Positions 20,601-32,500 of a stretch of DNA of 64,000 nucleotides are shown piece by piece. Numbering within the stretch: position 1 is the first letter of the stretch; every line of letters begins with the position of its first letter. A model generated the notes under the pieces. That model worked only from the letters and a program-made list of their open reading frames with translations, had not been told where the DNA came from and did no database searches. This DNA comes from an uncultured Sphingomonas sp. (GTDB taxonomy: Bacteria > Pseudomonadota > Alphaproteobacteria > Sphingomonadales > Sphingomonadaceae). The translations under genes and the position numbers were made by a program. The stretch is taken from NCBI RefSeq assembly GCF_964243205.1, contig NZ_CAXTEO010000012.1. One strand, given 5' to 3'.

Positions 20601-21225
20601 GAGCCCGACTGAAAATTGAGTTGAGCGATTTCAGTAGCTTGTGATTCACGGGGGTTCGCGAAGACCACGAGGATCCCATGAGCTGGACTGAAACCGCTCG
20701 GCGTGAGCATGATAGAAGGAGGCTGCGCTATGCAAGCGACTGCACCGTTGAGGAATGGGCTGTCGTCCGGCCATTATTGACGCGAACCTCCAGGGTGGGA
20801 CGGCCGCGCAAGCACAAAGCGCGGACCCTGTGGGATGCGATCCAGTATATCGCATCGACGGGGTGCCAGTGGGCGCAACTGCCCAAAGACTTTCCGCCCT
20901 TCACAACGGTGCCGTATCATTTCTACCGCATGCGCGACAACGGCCCGCTCGATGTTATCAACGCGGTGCTGGTCGCGTGGGTGCGAGTCTCGGAAGGTCG
21001 CACGCCGGCGCCAACCGCGGGCATCATCGACAGCCAGTCGGTTAAAACCACAGAGGCGGGTGGGCCTCGCGGATATGACGCCGGCAAGAAGATAAAGGGT
21101 CGCAAGCGGCACATCGCGACGGACACGCTGGGCAATATGCTCGAAGGCTTCATGGCATCGTCCGAAGCCTGGATGGTCGTCTCATCCATCAGGCGAATGA
21201 CGCGCCGTATCGCCAAGCTGGATGA
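20601..21225 (+). mobile_element. IS5-family (IS1031-like) element remnant with internally deleted transposase
   Basis: Probable left end GAGCCCGACTGAAAA after TTA; ORF from 20678 with TGCQW, IIDSQSVKT and GKKIKGRKRH, which then jumps to a C-terminal segment; no right end seen. Confidence 0.85.
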
Positions 21226-21637
21226 TCGCCGAAAGCGCCGGCAGGAAGCGTCCAAGGATCCGCGAGGATCGAGAGACGCCACGCCAGATCGTCGGCTTGG
21301 GCCAGTTCGTGAGGGTGGAGCATAGCAGCCGGAAACGGGGTGCCGCGTGCGGCGAGTTGCGTGACGCTGGACGCCGGCTGAATCGTGTTTCCGCTCCTCT
21401 TTCCAGGTCGCAGGGGCTGGGTCATTGGGCGATGACTAGGCGGAGAGCCAAGGGCGCACAAATTCGGTCGAAACACTGCGAGGTCGGTGCTTCGGCATTA
21501 GGGTAGGACCGGATTGGGGTTGTGCAAACGGCGAGCTATTGCGCACCGCAAACGCCGCCCTCTTCGTGGTTAATCAGGGGACCTAAATTGATTTTAAGCG
21601 TTCAGCGAGCCAGGCACGCAATTCAGGGAGAGACAGA

Positions 21638-22267
21638 ATGACCGATAACAACGGCAAGCGCACAGATGGCGCGCCGCCGACGCATGTACATATCGAAAAG
21701 AAGAAGATCAATTGGCTAGCGTGGCTGCTGCTCGCGCTCGGCGTGTTGTCTGCTTTGCTGGCACTCAGTCGCTGCAACCATCACGACACGACCGAGACCG
21801 CCACGACGACTACGACTCAAACCAGCAACACGGTAGTTGCCGAAACCCCGACGGCCGCGAAATCGGCGGCGCTGGCTGGAACCTCGGGTCTCGGCGCTTA
21901 TCTCGCTGGTTCGCAGCCGGCCCCGCAGACGTTCATGTTCGACAAGCTAAACTTTGACACGGCCAAGAGTGACATTCGCCCGGCGGATCAGGCGGACGTG
22001 GATGAGGTCGCAACGACGTTGCAGAAATACCCGAACACCCGCATCCGCATCGCCGGCTACGCCGATACGCGCGGATCCGAGGCTGCGAACGTCGCACTCG
22101 GCAAGGCGCGCGCCGACAGCGTCAAGGCGGCACTCGTCGCCAAGGGCGTAGACGGTGGCCGCATCGAAACGGCAACTGGAGGCGACAAGGATCCGATCGA
22201 CACCAACGGCACCGCACCCGGCCGCGCCGAGAACCGTCGCACCGAACTGGTCGTCACGCAGCGCTAA
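21638..22267 (+). CDS. OmpA family protein
   Basis: One TM segment; FDTAKS, GYADTRG, RADSVK and NRRTE motifs. Confidence 0.92.
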   Translation: MTDNNGKRTDGAPPTHVHIEKKKINWLAWLLLALGVLSALLALSRCNHHDTTETATTTTTQTSNTVVAETPTAAKSAALAGTSGLGAYLAGSQPAPQTFMFDKLNFDTAKSDIRPADQADVDEVATTLQKYPNTRIRIAGYADTRGSEAANVALGKARADSVKAALVAKGVDGGRIETATGGDKDPIDTNGTAPGRAENRRTELVVTQR

Positions 22268-22294
22268 CCTACCTTTTCTGAGAGGAAATTCATT

Positions 22295-22783
22295 ATGACA
22301 CGTACTATCACCGCTTTGTTCGACACCAAGGCCGATGCTGATGCCGGCGCCGAGCGCTTGCGCCAGGCCGGCGTCGACGCGGGGCATGTCGGCGTCCACG
22401 ATCAGACCACGCACAAGACCGCCGGCGCGTATTCGACCACCGAGGACAAGGGCCTGTGGGCTTCGATCAAGAACGTCTTCGTCCCTCATGAGGATCGCCA
22501 CACCTATGAGGAGGGGATCCGCCGCGGCGGCTTCCTCCTGACGGCGGACGTGGACGACGACAAGACGCCGGCAGCGGTCCAAGCGCTTGAAGAGGCGAAC
22601 TCGGTCGACCTCGACGCTCGCTCGCAGGAGTGGCGCGCGGACGGCTGGGACTATGCCGCGTCGACCGACGACGTCGAGGCATTCGAGGACGGGTCGGTAT
22701 TTGGCCATCGTGACCTCGACCATGGCGGCCAGCGTTTCCGATCGTACTTGTCCGGCGTGCGGACTGACGAACGCAACATCTGA
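22295..22783 (+). CDS. Hypothetical protein, general-stress/YsnF N-terminal-like
   Basis: RBS present; TITALFD, YEEGIRRGG and VDLDARSQEWRADGW pattern. Confidence 0.65.
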   Translation: MTRTITALFDTKADADAGAERLRQAGVDAGHVGVHDQTTHKTAGAYSTTEDKGLWASIKNVFVPHEDRHTYEEGIRRGGFLLTADVDDDKTPAAVQALEEANSVDLDARSQEWRADGWDYAASTDDVEAFEDGSVFGHRDLDHGGQRFRSYLSGVRTDERNI

Positions 22784-23750
22784 GCGAGGAGCCGCTCACA
22801 TCTCCATCGGCGAGGGTCCGTGTACCCTCGCCGAGCAATCCAGCAACTTTAGGCACTCGCCTTATGCAGGTACTGGACGAGATCCTCGGATCAAGTGGTA
22901 TCGATCTTGGCAGCCTCGCAGCTCGCTTTGGGTTGAGCCCCGAACAGGCAAAGTCGGCGATGGGCTCGCTGGTCCCAGCGGCGGCCGGCGGTTTCCAGCA
23001 GCGCGCACAGTCTGACTCGTGTGGTTGGGTCTAGGATGCCGCAACCGGCATAGATCAGCCTGATACTGCCGGCGGCAATGACATCCTGGGCACATCTTCG
23101 GCAGGCGGAGCTAATAGCCAAGGAACAATGTCGTATCCTCGGTGAGCCACGCCAACACGTTGCGGCAAAGCCATTGTTGCTATGGTTCAAGGTGGCGCAA
23201 ATCTCGGTGAAAGCGTCAGCTGATCTCACCGCTGCCGACGAGTTCGAAGCCCGCGGGGAACTAGACATTCGTATGTAGGGTCTGACCGCCCCCGTTAGCG
23301 TGACGCCTAAACCTTACGGTTACGCTGGCTAAGATCATCGCGCGTATTTCGCTTGAGAAACCCCCATGGCAACGTGAAGGCCAAGACCTAAGCATCGTCA
23401 CCCGCCTTGTCTGCTTACTACATCCGATCGATAGAGCGGGGATCAAGTGGCGTCATCAAATCGAGACGAAGTGTGCGGCTAAAGCGATTATGCCGCTTCA
23501 CTGGCGGCGTTCATGAATGACCTCTGTGAGGCTGCCGGGACGCGGCGTCGCACCGCGACGGCCAAGGACCAGGTTGCGCAACAAGCCGACGACGGCACGA
23601 AGGAGAGGCTTGGCGCGTGCCTCCGTCAGCATGATGACGGGCAGCTCCAGAACCGAAAGCTCCAGACTCATTGTGCTTTGATCGTCTTCATTGGATTAGG
23701 GTGTGACGCAGCTTATGCACTTTCGAGCATCGCGACGAGGCAGGCTTTGA

Positions 23751-26216
23751 ATGGACGACACGACCCCTTTGCCACATCAAGTGCCCTTCGAGGCGCTCTT
23801 CGATGCCGCGCCTACACCGTTTCTCGTCGTGGCACCTCCGGAATGGACCATCGTGGCTGCGAACAAAGCTCGCCTTCAGGTGACCGGGACGACGCGCCAA
23901 GCTCAGATCGGCCGAAAGCTGTTCGACATCTTCCCGGACGATCCTGAAGATCCGAGTGCAGACGGCGTGCAAAACCTGACGGACTCCCTGCAACGGGTCG
24001 TGGCCACGCGCGCCGAAGATGTCATGCAGGTGCAGCGTTACGCCGTCCGCAACCCCGAAGGCGGCTTCGTGGAGCGCTGGTGGACACCGGTCAACACGCC
24101 CATTCTCGGGGAAGATGGCGAAGTCGCCCTCATCATTCACCGCGTCGAAGATGTCACAGAGGCGGTGAAGTTGCGCGGCGAGGCTGCGGCGAGGGATCAA
24201 CTTGCTCGCGACCAGCAGGCGATCATAGACCGGATTCGGTCATCTGAAGCGGCGTTGCGCGCAAGCGAGGCGCGTTTGCGCTCCAGCGAAGAGTTTAACC
24301 GTCGTATCCTCGCTAGTTCAGCCGATTGCGTGAAGGTTCTCGATTTGGACGGGCGCCTTGAATTCATGAGCGAGGGCGGAATGTGCGTCATGGAGGTCGA
24401 GGACTTCGGTGCCATTGAGGGCGCTTGCTGGCCGGACTTCTGGCAGGGCGAAGAACATGCATCGGCGCTCCGGGCAGTTAAAGCCGCAAGGGCCGGCGGA
24501 ACCGGTCGTTTTCAGGGGTTCGCTACGACTATGAAGGGGACCCCGCGTTGGTGGGACGTCATCGTGACGCCCATCAACGGGGCAGACGGTAAGCCGGAAA
24601 AGCTCTTATCGATCTCCCGAGACGTTACCGCAACCAAGCAGGCTGAGGTTCGTCTGCGCAAGTTGAACGACACGCTTGAAGCGCAGGTGGCGGAACGGAC
24701 GGCAGACCGTGATCGCATGTGGCGGCTGTCGACGGACATCATGCTCGTGACCCGCATGGACGCCACGATCACGGCCGTTAATCCCGCCTGGAGTCATCTG
24801 CTCGGCTGGCAAGACAACGAGCTTCTGGGCGCAAGCTTCATGGAGATGGTTCATCCTGATGATCGCGCAGCCACGATAGCCGAGATGGGGCGATTAGCCG
24901 AAGGCGCGACGACGTTTCGGTTCGAGAACCGGTATCGGTGCCGAGATGACAGCTACCTCTGGATCTCGTGGATAGCGGTGCCCGACCAGGACCTCGTTCA
25001 CGCGGTCGGCCGAGATGTGACCCGCGAAAAAGAAGCGGCCGAGGCGCTGGCCGGAGCTCAGGACGCTCTTCGCCAGTCGCAGAAGATGGAGGCTGTTGGT
25101 CAACTCACTGGAGGATTGGCGCACGACTTTAATAATCTCCTGACGGGCATGATGGGCAATCTTGAACTGCTGCAGTTGCGCATTGCGCGCGGCCGTCTTG
25201 AGGACGTCGATCGCTTTGTGAACGCCGCTCAAGGCGCAGGTCGTCGCGCCGCGGCCCTGACACAGCGGCTTCTCGCTTTCTCTAGGCGGCAGACCCTCGA
25301 CCCCAAACCGACCGACGTGAACCGGCTGATCACAGGAATGGAGGATCTTCTGCGGCGCACGGTTGGCGCTCTTGTTCACATCGAGATCGTCGGGGCGGGT
25401 GGCCTATGGACGGCGATGATCGATCCGGGGCAATTGGAGAATGCGCTTCTCAATTTGTGCATCAATGCGCGAGACGCGATGCCCGACGGTGGCAAGATCA
25501 CGATCGAGACCGGCAACAAATGGCTTGATGAACGGTCGGCACGGGATCGCGACCTACCCCCTGGTCAATACCTCTCAATCTGCGTGACGGACACCGGCAG
25601 CGGGATGACCGCCGCGACGATCGAGCGAGCTTTCGAGCCCTTTTTCACGACCAAGCCGATCGGCCAAGGCACGGGGCTTGGTTTATCGATGATCTACGGT
25701 TTCGCTCGTCAGTCCGGGGGACAGGTCCGTATCTACTCTGAGCTCGGCCTTGGCACCACGATGTGCATCTACCTGCCGCGCTTCCTGGGAGATGCCGATG
25801 ACGAAGATCTGGCAACGGCTCCCATTCTAGACGATGCAGGTCAGGGCGAAACGGTTCTGGTGGTCGACGATGAGGCTACCATTCGTCATCTCGTCGATGA
25901 AGTTCTGGACGAACTAGGGTATACCGTCATCGGCGCTGCGGACGGCGCGGCCGGCCTCAAGGTTCTGCAGTCTGGATCGAAAATCGACCTTCTTATAACG
26001 GATGTTGGATTGCCGAACGGGATGAATGGTCGGCAAGTGGCGGATGCAGCTCGTTCGCTGAGGCCGGACCTGAAAGTGCTGTTTATCACCGGGTACGCTG
26101 AGAACGCTGCCGTTGGAAATGGGCACCTTGAGCGCGGGATGGAGCTTCTCACCAAGCCCTTCTCACTTGATGATCTAACGCGGAAGGTCAGAAGCATGTT
26201 GGGCCGGTCGGAGTAA
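23751..26216 (+). CDS. Hybrid sensor histidine kinase (3 PAS-HisKA-HATPase-REC)
   Basis: AHDFNNLL, NARDAM, GTGLGL and receiver motifs VVDDE/ITDVG/KPF. Confidence 0.95.
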   Translation: MDDTTPLPHQVPFEALFDAAPTPFLVVAPPEWTIVAANKARLQVTGTTRQAQIGRKLFDIFPDDPEDPSADGVQNLTDSLQRVVATRAEDVMQVQRYAVRNPEGGFVERWWTPVNTPILGEDGEVALIIHRVEDVTEAVKLRGEAAARDQLARDQQAIIDRIRSSEAALRASEARLRSSEEFNRRILASSADCVKVLDLDGRLEFMSEGGMCVMEVEDFGAIEGACWPDFWQGEEHASALRAVKAARAGGTGRFQGFATTMKGTPRWWDVIVTPINGADGKPEKLLSISRDVTATKQAEVRLRKLNDTLEAQVAERTADRDRMWRLSTDIMLVTRMDATITAVNPAWSHLLGWQDNELLGASFMEMVHPDDRAATIAEMGRLAEGATTFRFENRYRCRDDSYLWISWIAVPDQDLVHAVGRDVTREKEAAEALAGAQDALRQSQKMEAVGQLTGGLAHDFNNLLTGMMGNLELLQLRIARGRLEDVDRFVNAAQGAGRRAAALTQRLLAFSRRQTLDPKPTDVNRLITGMEDLLRRTVGALVHIEIVGAGGLWTAMIDPGQLENALLNLCINARDAMPDGGKITIETGNKWLDERSARDRDLPPGQYLSICVTDTGSGMTAATIERAFEPFFTTKPIGQGTGLGLSMIYGFARQSGGQVRIYSELGLGTTMCIYLPRFLGDADDEDLATAPILDDAGQGETVLVVDDEATIRHLVDEVLDELGYTVIGAADGAAGLKVLQSGSKIDLLITDVGLPNGMNGRQVADAARSLRPDLKVLFITGYAENAAVGNGHLERGMELLTKPFSLDDLTRKVRSMLGRSE

Positions 26217-26267
26217 CGACGCCGAAGCGCCGGTAGGCGCCGAGGTCGGGGAGGGCGGCCGGAGCAA

Positions 26268-27191
26268 TCATGCCGCTTCACGGATCTCGTCCTCGGGCTG
26301 GGCCGAGACGTCCAGCCCTGTCGCGCGGAGCAGATAGCCGGCAGCGGCCTCGGCCTTGGCGGCAGCGGTCATGATCGCGCGGCTGTCCTTGCGCAGCACC
26401 TTCAGCCACGACCCGATATAGGCCGCGTGGTCGTCGAGATGCGAGGTGGGAAGACCGAGATCCGCACCGAGCAGCGCGGAGGTCATCTCGGCGCAAAGCT
26501 CCTCGAAAGCGTAGGCGTCGTCGCCGAACCGCTTGCCGAACTCGCGATCGAGCCGATCGGGGTGACCGCTCCAATGGCCAGCCTCATGGGCGAGCGTGGA
26601 TGCCCAATAAGCGCGGGTGTGGAACAGCTCAACGGGCGGCATCGTGATGCTGTCGGCCGTGCGGTCGTAGAACGCGCGATCGCCGCGCATGTGCAGCGTC
26701 GCCGGCAGCGCGTCGATGAAGCGCTGGGCGCGCTCGGGCAGGGTGTCGGCCGGAGTCACGACATTGACCGGGCTCGGGTAGAAGTCCGGAGACAGCCCGC
26801 CGATCTGGTCGCAGTTGAACACGGCGTAGGAGCGCAGCACGCGGCGTGTCTCGTCGGTCGCATCGCCCGTGCTGACGGATTCGACGGTCTTGCTGTAAGA
26901 TTTGTAGAAGATGGCGATCTGCGAGCGTTCGCCCTCGCGGACCTGGCCGCCAAGGGCCTGCGCCTGCTTGTACGTCATCCAAGTGCGCGAGTTATAGCCA
27001 GCGCCCTCGGCACACAGCCACAGCCAGAAGCAGTTGATGCCCTTGTAGGGGTCGCCGGTCGCGCGTAGCGGACGGCCCCCAAGTCCGGGGCGCCACGGCT
27101 TGACCCAGGGGCGCACACCGGCCTCGAGCTTATCGATGATGGTGTTGGTGATGATGTCGGCAGGCGACGGTTTTTCGGTGGTCTTCGCCAC
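26268..27191 (-). CDS. ardC: ArdC family ssDNA-binding antirestriction protein
   Basis: GTG 27191 with RBS; PWVKPW, YKGIN, WMTYKQA, HEAGHW and YAFEELCAE motifs. Confidence 0.9.
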   Translation of the reverse strand: MAKTTEKPSPADIITNTIIDKLEAGVRPWVKPWRPGLGGRPLRATGDPYKGINCFWLWLCAEGAGYNSRTWMTYKQAQALGGQVREGERSQIAIFYKSYSKTVESVSTGDATDETRRVLRSYAVFNCDQIGGLSPDFYPSPVNVVTPADTLPERAQRFIDALPATLHMRGDRAFYDRTADSITMPPVELFHTRAYWASTLAHEAGHWSGHPDRLDREFGKRFGDDAYAFEELCAEMTSALLGADLGLPTSHLDDHAAYIGSWLKVLRKDSRAIMTAAAKAEAAAGYLLRATGLDVSAQPEDEIREAA

Positions 27192-27261
27192 GGTCGTTCT
27201 CCTGAGCTGGTTGAGGCGAACCCGGTCAAGCATCCTCCCCTCCTGGGGGTGGTGGCGGGTC

Positions 27262-27299
27262 ACAAAAAGACGGGCGACACTCCGCGAAGAGTGCCGCCC
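27262..27299 (-). terminator. Probable intrinsic terminator after the parB-like gene
   Basis: GGGCGACACTC...GAGTGCCGCCC stem followed by TTTTT on the minus strand. Confidence 0.6.
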
Positions 27300-27328
27300 C
27301 CAGTCGCCTCGAAATGTGCGAGCCAGCG

Positions 27329-29401
27329 TCAGGCCGCTTGGCTCAGATCCTCGGACCCGTGGTCATCGTCCTGCTCGGGTCCGATCGCGTCGTCACCGTC
27401 CTCGCCGAGATCTTCATCCTCGACGGGATCGGTGTCCTCGACGTCTTCGGTGAAGGTGGAGCGCAGCGGCGTCCTCGCCGGTTTCTCTTGTGCCTCAAAG
27501 CGCATCGCCTCGGGCAACCAGGCCGTCGCTTTCTCGCGGATTTCCGCTTCGACGATGCCCTGCCCGTTGCAGAGCGAGGCACAGGTGCCTGCGAGGTCGC
27601 CCTTCTTGGCGTCCTTGTAGCGGCCGCGCAGGATCGGGCCTCCAATCTCCTCGAGCGCGTCGAGCATGACGGTCTTTTTGACCCGGCCGAAGAAGTTCTC
27701 GGCGGTCGGGCGCCACCAATTCTCGACCTGGATGTCGAGGAGGCGGCCGAGATGGTCGTGGAAGCCGTTGCTGCGGTAGCCCTCGGCGACGTTGAGGGTC
27801 GGTTCGAGCGTTCGTGCTATCGAGTATGCCACCCAGGCGCCCCGGGCCTCGTCGTCGAGCGCCCGGAAAGCATCGAACCGCTCGGTCATGGTCTTGTGGC
27901 CGGCCCAGCTCGTGTCGAGCTTCTGGCGCTGATCGTCGATGGTCTGCGATGCCATCGATCCCTCGTCCCGGAAGGCGAAGATCGGGAAGCCCGCGCCGCT
28001 CGACTTGAGAGTCGAGTGGCTCGGGACGTCGGCCTGCTCGAAGACCACGTTCTGCGCCATCAGGAAGATGGTCAGGTCGAGTGCCATCGCCGGGTCGCTG
28101 GCAACGTGAGCGACGAGGATCTGGCGGCGTTGAGTCGCCAGTTCGTCGATCAGCGTGGCGCTGAGCTTCGGACCCTGTTCGGCGTCGCCGGCATCGCCGT
28201 CGCCGTTTGCACCGCCCGTCACGTTGGGCGGAGCGTTCGGGTCCACGAGCGGCTTTTCGCTGAAAAGGCGGGTGTGGACGCGGGGTTCACCGTCACCGCC
28301 GATGTAGACGAACGTGCCGATCTGCGCTTTCAGCGCCGGATCGATCTCGTGGCGGGCGTCTTCGATCGTTTCCAGCTCGCGCTCGATCGCCTCGATACGG
28401 GCGTTCGCCGCCTCGGCCTCAGTGCTGCCGTCAAACAGTTCCTGCTCAAGCTGGTCGATCAGCGCGTCGTTCTCGGCCGACAGCGCCTCGACACGCGCCG
28501 TCTCATCCTCTGTGAGAGCGCGGGCGGGAGCGTGATACTCGTGAAGCTGGCGCTCGAGGTCGTAGGGAACGTGCGTCGCCGCGATCGGCGTGACGAACGC
28601 GAGGCCGTCGGCCTGCGCCAGTTCGGCCGCTGCGGCTTCGAGCTTCGAGGCAGCGAGCGTCTCGATCAGATCGACGTCGATCCAGTTCTCATCGCCTTCC
28701 GTGGCGAACAGGTCGCTCTCGATACGGCCGCCTGCAGCGACATAGGCATCGCGACCAACGAAGCGCGCCTTGGCGTCGTTCGCCTTGACCGTGCCGTTGA
28801 GGATGGCGCGGCGGATATTGTCAGGATTGTCGCCATAGTAGGACGTCTTCATCTGCGCGAACACGCGGGCCTGGCGATCGACGTCCGTGGTGACGGCGTA
28901 AGCCTGTGCGACGCCGAGCGTGATCTCGCCGGCTGCGAGCGCCTCGAAGACAGGAGGGGCGAGTTCGGCAAGGCGCACCCGCTGCTCGACGAACCGGGTG
29001 GTGACGCCCTGACGCTTGGCGACGTCTTCGGCGGTCATACCCTTCTGGATCAGGAAGTTGAACGCGGTGCATTCGTCGGCCGGGTTCATCGGCACGCGCT
29101 GGAAGTTCTCGGCAAGGCTCGCCTCGATCGCGTTGTCGTCGTCGCTCAGCACGAGGACGGGCACGGTGTGGTCAGCGGGGAGGGTGCCCTGGTCGATCAG
29201 GAGCTGGAGCGCGCGCAGGCGGCGACCGCCCGCCTTCACGGTGAACGTACCCGCTTTCTTGAGCGGCGTGACGATCAGGTTCTGCAACAGACCCTGGGCG
29301 GCAATGTTGGCGGCGAGGGTGTCGATCCCAGCATCGCGGTTGGATTTGCGCACATTGTCCTTCGACAGCGACAGGTTCTTGACCTTCACGGACTGGATCA
29401 T
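27329..29401 (-). CDS. Large ParB/RepB/Spo0J-domain protein (leading-region type)
   Basis: GLLQNL, AGGRRLRAL, SLAENFQR and an HTH; long C-terminal region. Confidence 0.9.
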   Translation of the reverse strand: MIQSVKVKNLSLSKDNVRKSNRDAGIDTLAANIAAQGLLQNLIVTPLKKAGTFTVKAGGRRLRALQLLIDQGTLPADHTVPVLVLSDDDNAIEASLAENFQRVPMNPADECTAFNFLIQKGMTAEDVAKRQGVTTRFVEQRVRLAELAPPVFEALAAGEITLGVAQAYAVTTDVDRQARVFAQMKTSYYGDNPDNIRRAILNGTVKANDAKARFVGRDAYVAAGGRIESDLFATEGDENWIDVDLIETLAASKLEAAAAELAQADGLAFVTPIAATHVPYDLERQLHEYHAPARALTEDETARVEALSAENDALIDQLEQELFDGSTEAEAANARIEAIERELETIEDARHEIDPALKAQIGTFVYIGGDGEPRVHTRLFSEKPLVDPNAPPNVTGGANGDGDAGDAEQGPKLSATLIDELATQRRQILVAHVASDPAMALDLTIFLMAQNVVFEQADVPSHSTLKSSGAGFPIFAFRDEGSMASQTIDDQRQKLDTSWAGHKTMTERFDAFRALDDEARGAWVAYSIARTLEPTLNVAEGYRSNGFHDHLGRLLDIQVENWWRPTAENFFGRVKKTVMLDALEEIGGPILRGRYKDAKKGDLAGTCASLCNGQGIVEAEIREKATAWLPEAMRFEAQEKPARTPLRSTFTEDVEDTDPVEDEDLGEDGDDAIGPEQDDDHGSEDLSQAA

Positions 29402-29449
29402 CGGTCATACTCCATTCGAGATCAGCGCGCCGTTGTACGACGGTCGCGC

Positions 29450-29493
29450 GAGCCTGCTCATCAAGCTCACAAAGCCGAAGGCTCCCTCCCCTC
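29450..29493. repeat. Conserved upstream structured element, copy 1
   Basis: GAGC-CTGCTCATCAA-GCTC..AAAGCCGAAGGCTCCCTCCCCTC; matches 33770-33813. Confidence 0.75.
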
Positions 29494-29526
29494 CCTTTGA
29501 TGATCGGGAAGAGAGCCTGGTGTCGG

Positions 29527-32500
29527 TCAGGCGGTGATGCGGTCGATCACGGCCGCGGCGGTCGCGACGGGAATGAACATCCGCGTCTTGTGCTGGATGA
29601 TCTCGGTGAAGCACCCGGCCGCCTTCAGCTCGGGCAGCCGCGTGTGCGGCCAATCGAGCAGTTCGAGGCGCTGCTGACCCGCGACCAGGCTGCGCTTCAG
29701 CCGGTACGCGCCCACGGCCGAGATCTCGCCGCTCGTCATGACGTGCTTGGCGGTTTCGGCACCGGACACGGTGATGGTCGCCGCGATGCCGAATGCGTCG
29801 GCGAGTTTGGAGACGAGCGGGGCAGGGACGATGCGGCCGAGGAAGGATTGGCCGTCATCGGTGTTGAGCCGCCAGACCTGGACGTGATCGCCGGGGAGGC
29901 GGTCCCAGACCGGCAAGAGGAGGCCAGTGACGAGGTAGAGCGTGCTGGTGCGGGTCTTGCCCGACATCTCTTCCACCTCGGCTTGCCACAGCGCGGCGAA
30001 CACCTCCTCGCTCGCGTCCTCCCACATCGTCTCGACGAGGAGGTCCTGGCGCATCCGCTCGGTGCGGGTCGGCCGCACCAATTCAAAGCGGCGCACGATC
30101 TCGCCATCATCGTCAGTCAGCGAGTAAGTGCTGCACCGAATCGCGGCCTTGCCCGACTTGCGGTTGACGATCGGGCGGGCGTCGTCGCCAAGAACGCGCA
30201 GCGCGCGGTCGAGCGCCAGCGGCTTGTAGCGTTCCTCGGTCTCAAGCCGGAGTATCTCGGTCTCGGCGCCGGTGGTCTGGTCGCGCCGGATCACGGTGCG
30301 ATCGAGGATCGTGATGCGCTCGGCGTTGATGCTTTCGACGCCAAGATCGAGCGTGCCAGCTTCCTTGGCCGCCTCAATGCGCGCCTCGATCAAACCCAGG
30401 TACTCGTCGAAGATCGCGTTCTGGAGCGCGATGCGCAGCGCCAGAATACGGTTGAGCCAGCGTTGGATGGGCGGCAGCTCCTCCTTGATGCCACCACCTT
30501 CGCCCTCCAGCTCGAGCGCGGTCAGTTCCTGGAACTGCTCGAGCGTGGTGGAGCGCAGCTTGCCGTTGGAAAGCAGCCGGAACCACTGTTCGAGCGACTC
30601 CTTGGCGTAGTCGCTTTCGAGGTTATCACGCGGATTGAACAGGCCCTGGCCGCCCGTCTGCCGCTGGCCGCGGGTGAGCGCGCCCAAGCTGTCGAGCCGG
30701 CGCGCGATCGTCGAGATGAAGCGACGCTCGCCCCGGCAGTCGGTCGACACCGGCCGGAACAGTGGCGCGGTCGCCTGATGCGTGCGGTGCGTGCGCCCGA
30801 GCCCCTGGATGGCGGCGTCAGCACGCCAACCCGGCTCGAGGAGATAGTGGTTGCGACGCGACTGATTCTCGCATGTCAGGCTCGCATGGTAGCTGCGGCC
30901 CGTGCCGCCAGCATCGGAGAAGATCAGGATTTTCTTGGCGCCGCGCATGAAGGCGTCGGTCTCTGCCAAGTTGGTGCGCGGTGAGCGGCTTTCGACGCGC
31001 TGGCGACCGTGGGCGTCCATGATGACGCGCCGACTGCGCCCCGTCACCTCGGCGACCGCATGGGTGCCGAAATGCCCGATGATATGGTCAAGCGCGGAAC
31101 CGACGATGGGCAGCGCGCAGAGCTGCTCGAGGAGGTTGTCGCGCATTTCGAGCGCTTCCTGGCTGAAGACAGGACGGCCGTCCTCGTCCGACATCGGCTC
31201 GGAGCGGGTCTTGCCGGTATCGTCGACGAAGGTCTTCATCTGTCGGACCGGGAAGGCGGCCGTCAGATAAGACATGACGAACTCGCGCGGCGAAAGCTCG
31301 ATGTCGAGGTTGGCGCGTTCCTCGACCGTGAGCGCGGCAAGCGCCCGGTTGAGCATCGCCTCGGAGGTAGAGACGAGCTGGATCACGACACTCTCGCCGC
31401 GGGCGAGATCGGCTCGGATCGCAGGGATCAGCGCGGGGAGCTTCATGCCGATCAGCAGTTGGCAAAAGAAGCGCTGTTTGGTGGACTCGAAGATCGACAG
31501 TGCGGCCGCCTTGGCGCCGCTGTTATAGGTGTCCTTAGAGAAGCTGTCCGTGACGCGGGTCGCGTCTAGCGCGGCACGCAGGTTCGCGTGGATGATCGCC
31601 CATGCGTCGGCATAGGCATCGTACACCTCGATCTGGTCGGTGGTCAGTTTGTGATTCAGGATGTCGTACTCGACGCCAGCGAAGCTCAGGGCGCGAGCGA
31701 CATAGAGACCCTGCATTTTGAGGTCGCGGGCGATCAGCTCCATCGCCGCGATCCCGCCCCGGCGCAGACTGTCGACGAAGGTGCGGCGATCGGCAAATGC
31801 CGTGCCCGGACCCCACAGCCCGAGCCGGGTGGCATAGGCGAGATTGTTAACGTCGGACGCGCCAGTTGCGGACACGTATAGGACGCGGGCGCGGGGCAGG
31901 AGGTTCTGTAGGCGGACACCGGCAACGCCTTGGTCGGAGCCGTCCTTGGTCCCGAAGCGGCCTTCGCCGCCTGCGACACCGGCCATCTCATGCGCCTCGT
32001 CGAACACGACCATGCCGTCAAAGTCGTCGCCGACCCATTCGAGGATCTGCTGGAGCCGGGTGCCCTTGTCGCCGCGATCAGAGCGGAGCGTCGCATAGGT
32101 GAGGAACAGGATGCCCTCGGCGGCGCCGATGGGGGTGCCGAGCTTCCACTGGTTAAGATGCTGGATGTCGAGCGCGAGACCTCCGACGGCGGTCCAGTCG
32201 CGACGCGCGTCCTCGAGCAGGGTCTCGGTCTTCGAGATCCAGATGTGCTTGCGGCGACCGCGCAGCCACTGGTCGAGGATGATCGCGGCGACCTGGCGGC
32301 CTTTGCCGGCGCCGGTGCCGTCGCCGAGGAAGAAGCCGGTTCGGTAGGGACGGCCTTCCTCGTCGAGCGTGAGCGAGAGGCCTGCCTCGACCGGCTTGAA
32401 CCGGCCGGGGATGTCGCGCTCGAACGCGTCGCCGGCGTAGATCAGCGTTTCGAGCTGTGCGTCGGAGAGTGTCTTTGCGTCGACGACGGACTGCGAGAGG

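Noticed and set aside
22790-23740. Several short ORFs in a ~950-bp gap
   Set aside because: No recognisable motifs or convincing RBS; cannot be supported
27314-30984. Long plus-strand ORFs of 728 and 495 aa
   Set aside because: Antisense shadows of the parB-like and helicase genes, typical of high-GC DNA; no motifs
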